DNA of 54,786 nucleotides, filler included, from Sluysia triapertura (Eukaryota), in assembly GCA_046118255.1 (NCBI GenBank). It is 4 parts of 4 records of this genome, joined end to end, with 100 filler letters (N's around TTAATTAATTAA, not from the genome) between each part and the next. Parts side by side here need not be neighbours in the genome. Positions count along the whole stretch, not along the records: positions 42,816 to 54,786 come from JBJNIA010151494.1; 3 more parts are not named here. One strand, written 5' to 3'. Every line of letters starts with the position of its first letter. Position 1 is the first letter of the stretch. This document shows, in pieces, positions 52,203 to 54,786 of the stretch. The notes beneath the pieces are model-generated. The model had not been told where the DNA came from, searched no databases, and saw nothing but the letters and a program-made list of their open reading frames with translations. The translations under genes were made by a program, and so were the position numbers.

Positions 52203-52977
52203 GTGATATATCATACATATCTTTGTTAACTTTGCTCATAAATTGTTCCTTTTCTGCTTTATCTACGTCTTTCAGGATCGTATCGAAAGAATCATCATCT
52301 ATGGGCGAGACAATGTCGTAAAGTATGCATTTTCTCATTTTAGAAGAACATAATGCCAAACAGATGAGGAGAATAACGAATATAATTGATAATTGATGAT
52401 GTGCCATAATTGTACCATGAAATAACGTTTGAGACGTTTCTACTAAATACGCTGATACTATAACGATTGTTAGTATAGCATTTATATATGATATAGAACG
52501 GTTTATAAACGAAAACACAATATTCATCTTTACAAAATTTAAAACTATAAAAGAACCAACAATAACTCCAATTAAAACATTGATCAACGAACTCTTTTTT
52601 TGAATAAAATGATCACACATAATACTAAATAAGAAATCATCTGTTGTTCCACATTTAGTAAATGCTGCTATTACATTAACATAGAGAGCAGTGACTTGCA
52701 TTTCCATTGCGTTCATGACAATAACTTCAATCTCGCTACGTGCTTTATGTGAGCATCTTACTCTTTCATCCAATTCGTATAATGTCGTGGAAACATGCGA
52801 AAAATTCATGGAAGAACCAAAGCATATTGCTAGAATTAGACCAAATAGTGACGCAGTGATGAGGAGCTCTTTACTCCTAAACCAAGACGGCTGTAATATT
52901 GACAAATTCTGCATTAAGATTATCCAAACCAATTTTAATGAGATGCGTCCCCAAGCATTGGACGTGTATTGATCCAT
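52203..52977 (-). CDS. Multi-pass membrane protein exon, possibly a divergent CPA1 Na+/H+ exchanger (SLC9C-like)
   Basis: Several hydrophobic segments. FGS..VSTTLYEL..K..IE...N spacing recalls FGxxxSATDPVxVxxLxEL..IEGESxxND. Donor GTATGT at 52202. Possible next exon near 51548-51762. Confidence 0.5.
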
Positions 52978-54198
52978 TATTAATTATTATTTTATTATTT
53001 TTAATAATTTCAGGTATGGATATGTTCTTTCGACAATTATGGCAATGAATGTGAATAGCGTATGATGAAAACTGTTTACCACATAAGTAACAAATAATTC
53101 TACAATTTCCAGAATTGATCGGTACATCCAATGCAACTTGCGAATGGAATACACCTATTTTATCATTTTTACAAAATTTTTAATTGCCATACTATCTAGC
53201 TTTGTAAATAAAGCATTGAATAAAAGTGGTATGCAAACTTCTGCTTTAATTAACGTATTTGATTGAGTTAAAATATTTGGTTTAAATTCTTTTAATGACT
53301 CAATACGAAATAATTCATAGAAATGATGTAAGTAAATGATGGCAAATTCAAAAATGACTAATAACCATATTTGAATTATTATCAAATATAAAATTTTTCA
53401 TTATTTTATTGTCGCCTTGCATTGAAGTATGATTTAAAATATCAAATATTGTTTGGTTTTTATTATCATTTGTAATATAATTTGAATTATCTTTGCTAAT
53501 ATTAATAGTATTAATTTTAACAAAAAAAATAATTTTTTAATAGATTCATTTAAATTTTCCTCTTTTGTATCAATAGTAATGTTGTATGGTTTAAAATCAG
53601 TATCATTAACAGATAATTTTACTGGATTAATTAATGGTTTGTCAGTTATAAGTTCTGCTTGCATAAATTTTCGTGATTTTTCTTGCATTGAATATATAGA
53701 CTTATTAAAACAAATATGAGATCGTAAAGCTAACTTGTGTTCATTGGGCATCGAATGTTGAATGCCCTTACGTGCATAAACTGACGTTTTTTTATGATAA
53801 ATAGTTCTATATAAAGTACTTTTATTATTGTTTGATTTATTGACATTTGATCTCAACTTCCTTTTCACAATAGTTTTATTTGTAACAAACTTAATTTTAT
53901 TATTTTTGAATCGACGAACTTCAATTATTTTTGAATTTCCATTGTTTTTATTTTGATTATTTTTAACATTAGAGTAACGCTTTAGCTTTTTCAATATTAG
54001 ATCACATTCATTTTGACTAAACGATGAAATTATATTTTTAGTTGATAGAACACCAGAATATTGTGAATTACATGTCTTTAATGTTTTTGAATGAGATTTT
54101 TTCCAATTAATAATTCGATATTCAAAGTTTTGAATAAATTTATGTTGTATATCTTTGATTTTCAGTATACAATTAACAAAATTGTTCTTTTTTAACAT
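52877..54198 (-). CDS. K/N-rich protein with C-terminal C2HC zinc finger (ZNF474/ZC2HC-like); exon structure partly uncertain
   Basis: 254-aa ORF, in-phase 38-nt intron 53155-53192, then IICYLCGKQFSSYAIHIHCHNC. Joins near 53500 and 53300-53370 are unresolved. Confidence 0.55.
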
Positions 54199-54721
54199 AA
54201 TATAAGTAATGTTTAATTAACCATTGATTGTTTTTAAAGCATTAATTTTTTTATATTTATTTTGTATTATAAATATAATAACTTTAATTATATTAATTGA
54301 CTTGTAGAAAGTTATTCGGATTGTCAAATTTGTCTTTAAGGATTAAGAATACATAAAAATGTACTCCTACATCTTAGTCAATTATAAATAGTGTCTGTTC
54401 ACTACTGAATTGATAAAAATTTAATGTAATGTTTCCGTTGAGAAGAGAATAAAACCTTATTCAGTAGAAGAATTAGATGTTAATGGAAAACATAAAAAAT
54501 ATGTGTAGAGCAACTGCAAATTGAATATTGTTTTTTAAATGCTCACTTTCATAGGTGTTCTATGCATGGAGCAATTAGGTAATCTAGTAGTGTCTTTACT
54601 GAAATACTGGATAGGTGTTTGAGGTCGCAATAATGATCACAAAAGAATTTAAAGTTAGGTACTCCAAACGAACTAGGAAATCCATAATGATTGAGTAGAA
54701 GATTTTCTGAATTTAATAATA

Positions 54722-54786
54722 TATTAATTTATATTGCGCTCATATCTACCGCGAAAGTACTCAAAAGCGCTTAAGGTAAATCATTC
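54722..54786 (-). mobile_element. L2-type 3' tail
   Basis: TAAGCGCTTTTGAG...GAGCGCAATATAAAT stem-loop tail. Confidence 0.6.

Overview
This is very AT-rich (roughly 22-25% GC by eye) eukaryotic, most likely invertebrate-animal, genomic DNA. It comprises four contigs joined by 100-nt artificial spacers (44 N + TTAATTAATTAA + 44 N at 13392-13491, 26578-26677, 42716-42815), so linkage across these joins is not assured. Host genes have tiny GT-AG introns of 31-42 nt. Recognisable genes are a complete 9-exon CPSF6/CFIm68 gene (minus, 36395-41283), the last exon of a CERT-type START-domain gene, a decayed EF-hand + dynein-light-chain (TAL-like) gene, a C2HC zinc-finger gene overlapping a divergent multi-TM (CPA1/NHE-like) ORF, and an unknown spliced gene. 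The rest is a graveyard of mobile elements: MULE, hAT, pogo, a piggyBac MITE, L2/CR1, a NeSL/R5/Utopia-type RLE retroelement and Gypsy LTR/gag/RNase H pieces. The leads most worth checking are: (1) a repeated 56-nt structured motif with compensatory base changes, bounded by GTGAGT...CAG; (2) short TGTTG...CAACA LTR-like elements carrying an internal tRNA-like Pol III module; (3) intronless, virus-like relics, including a possible poxvirus/NCLDV-like RNA polymerase fragment, an ATGA-coupled ORF string and a stand-alone DEDDh exonuclease; (4) the TAL-like architecture. All protein-family calls come from motifs recalled from memory, not from database searches.
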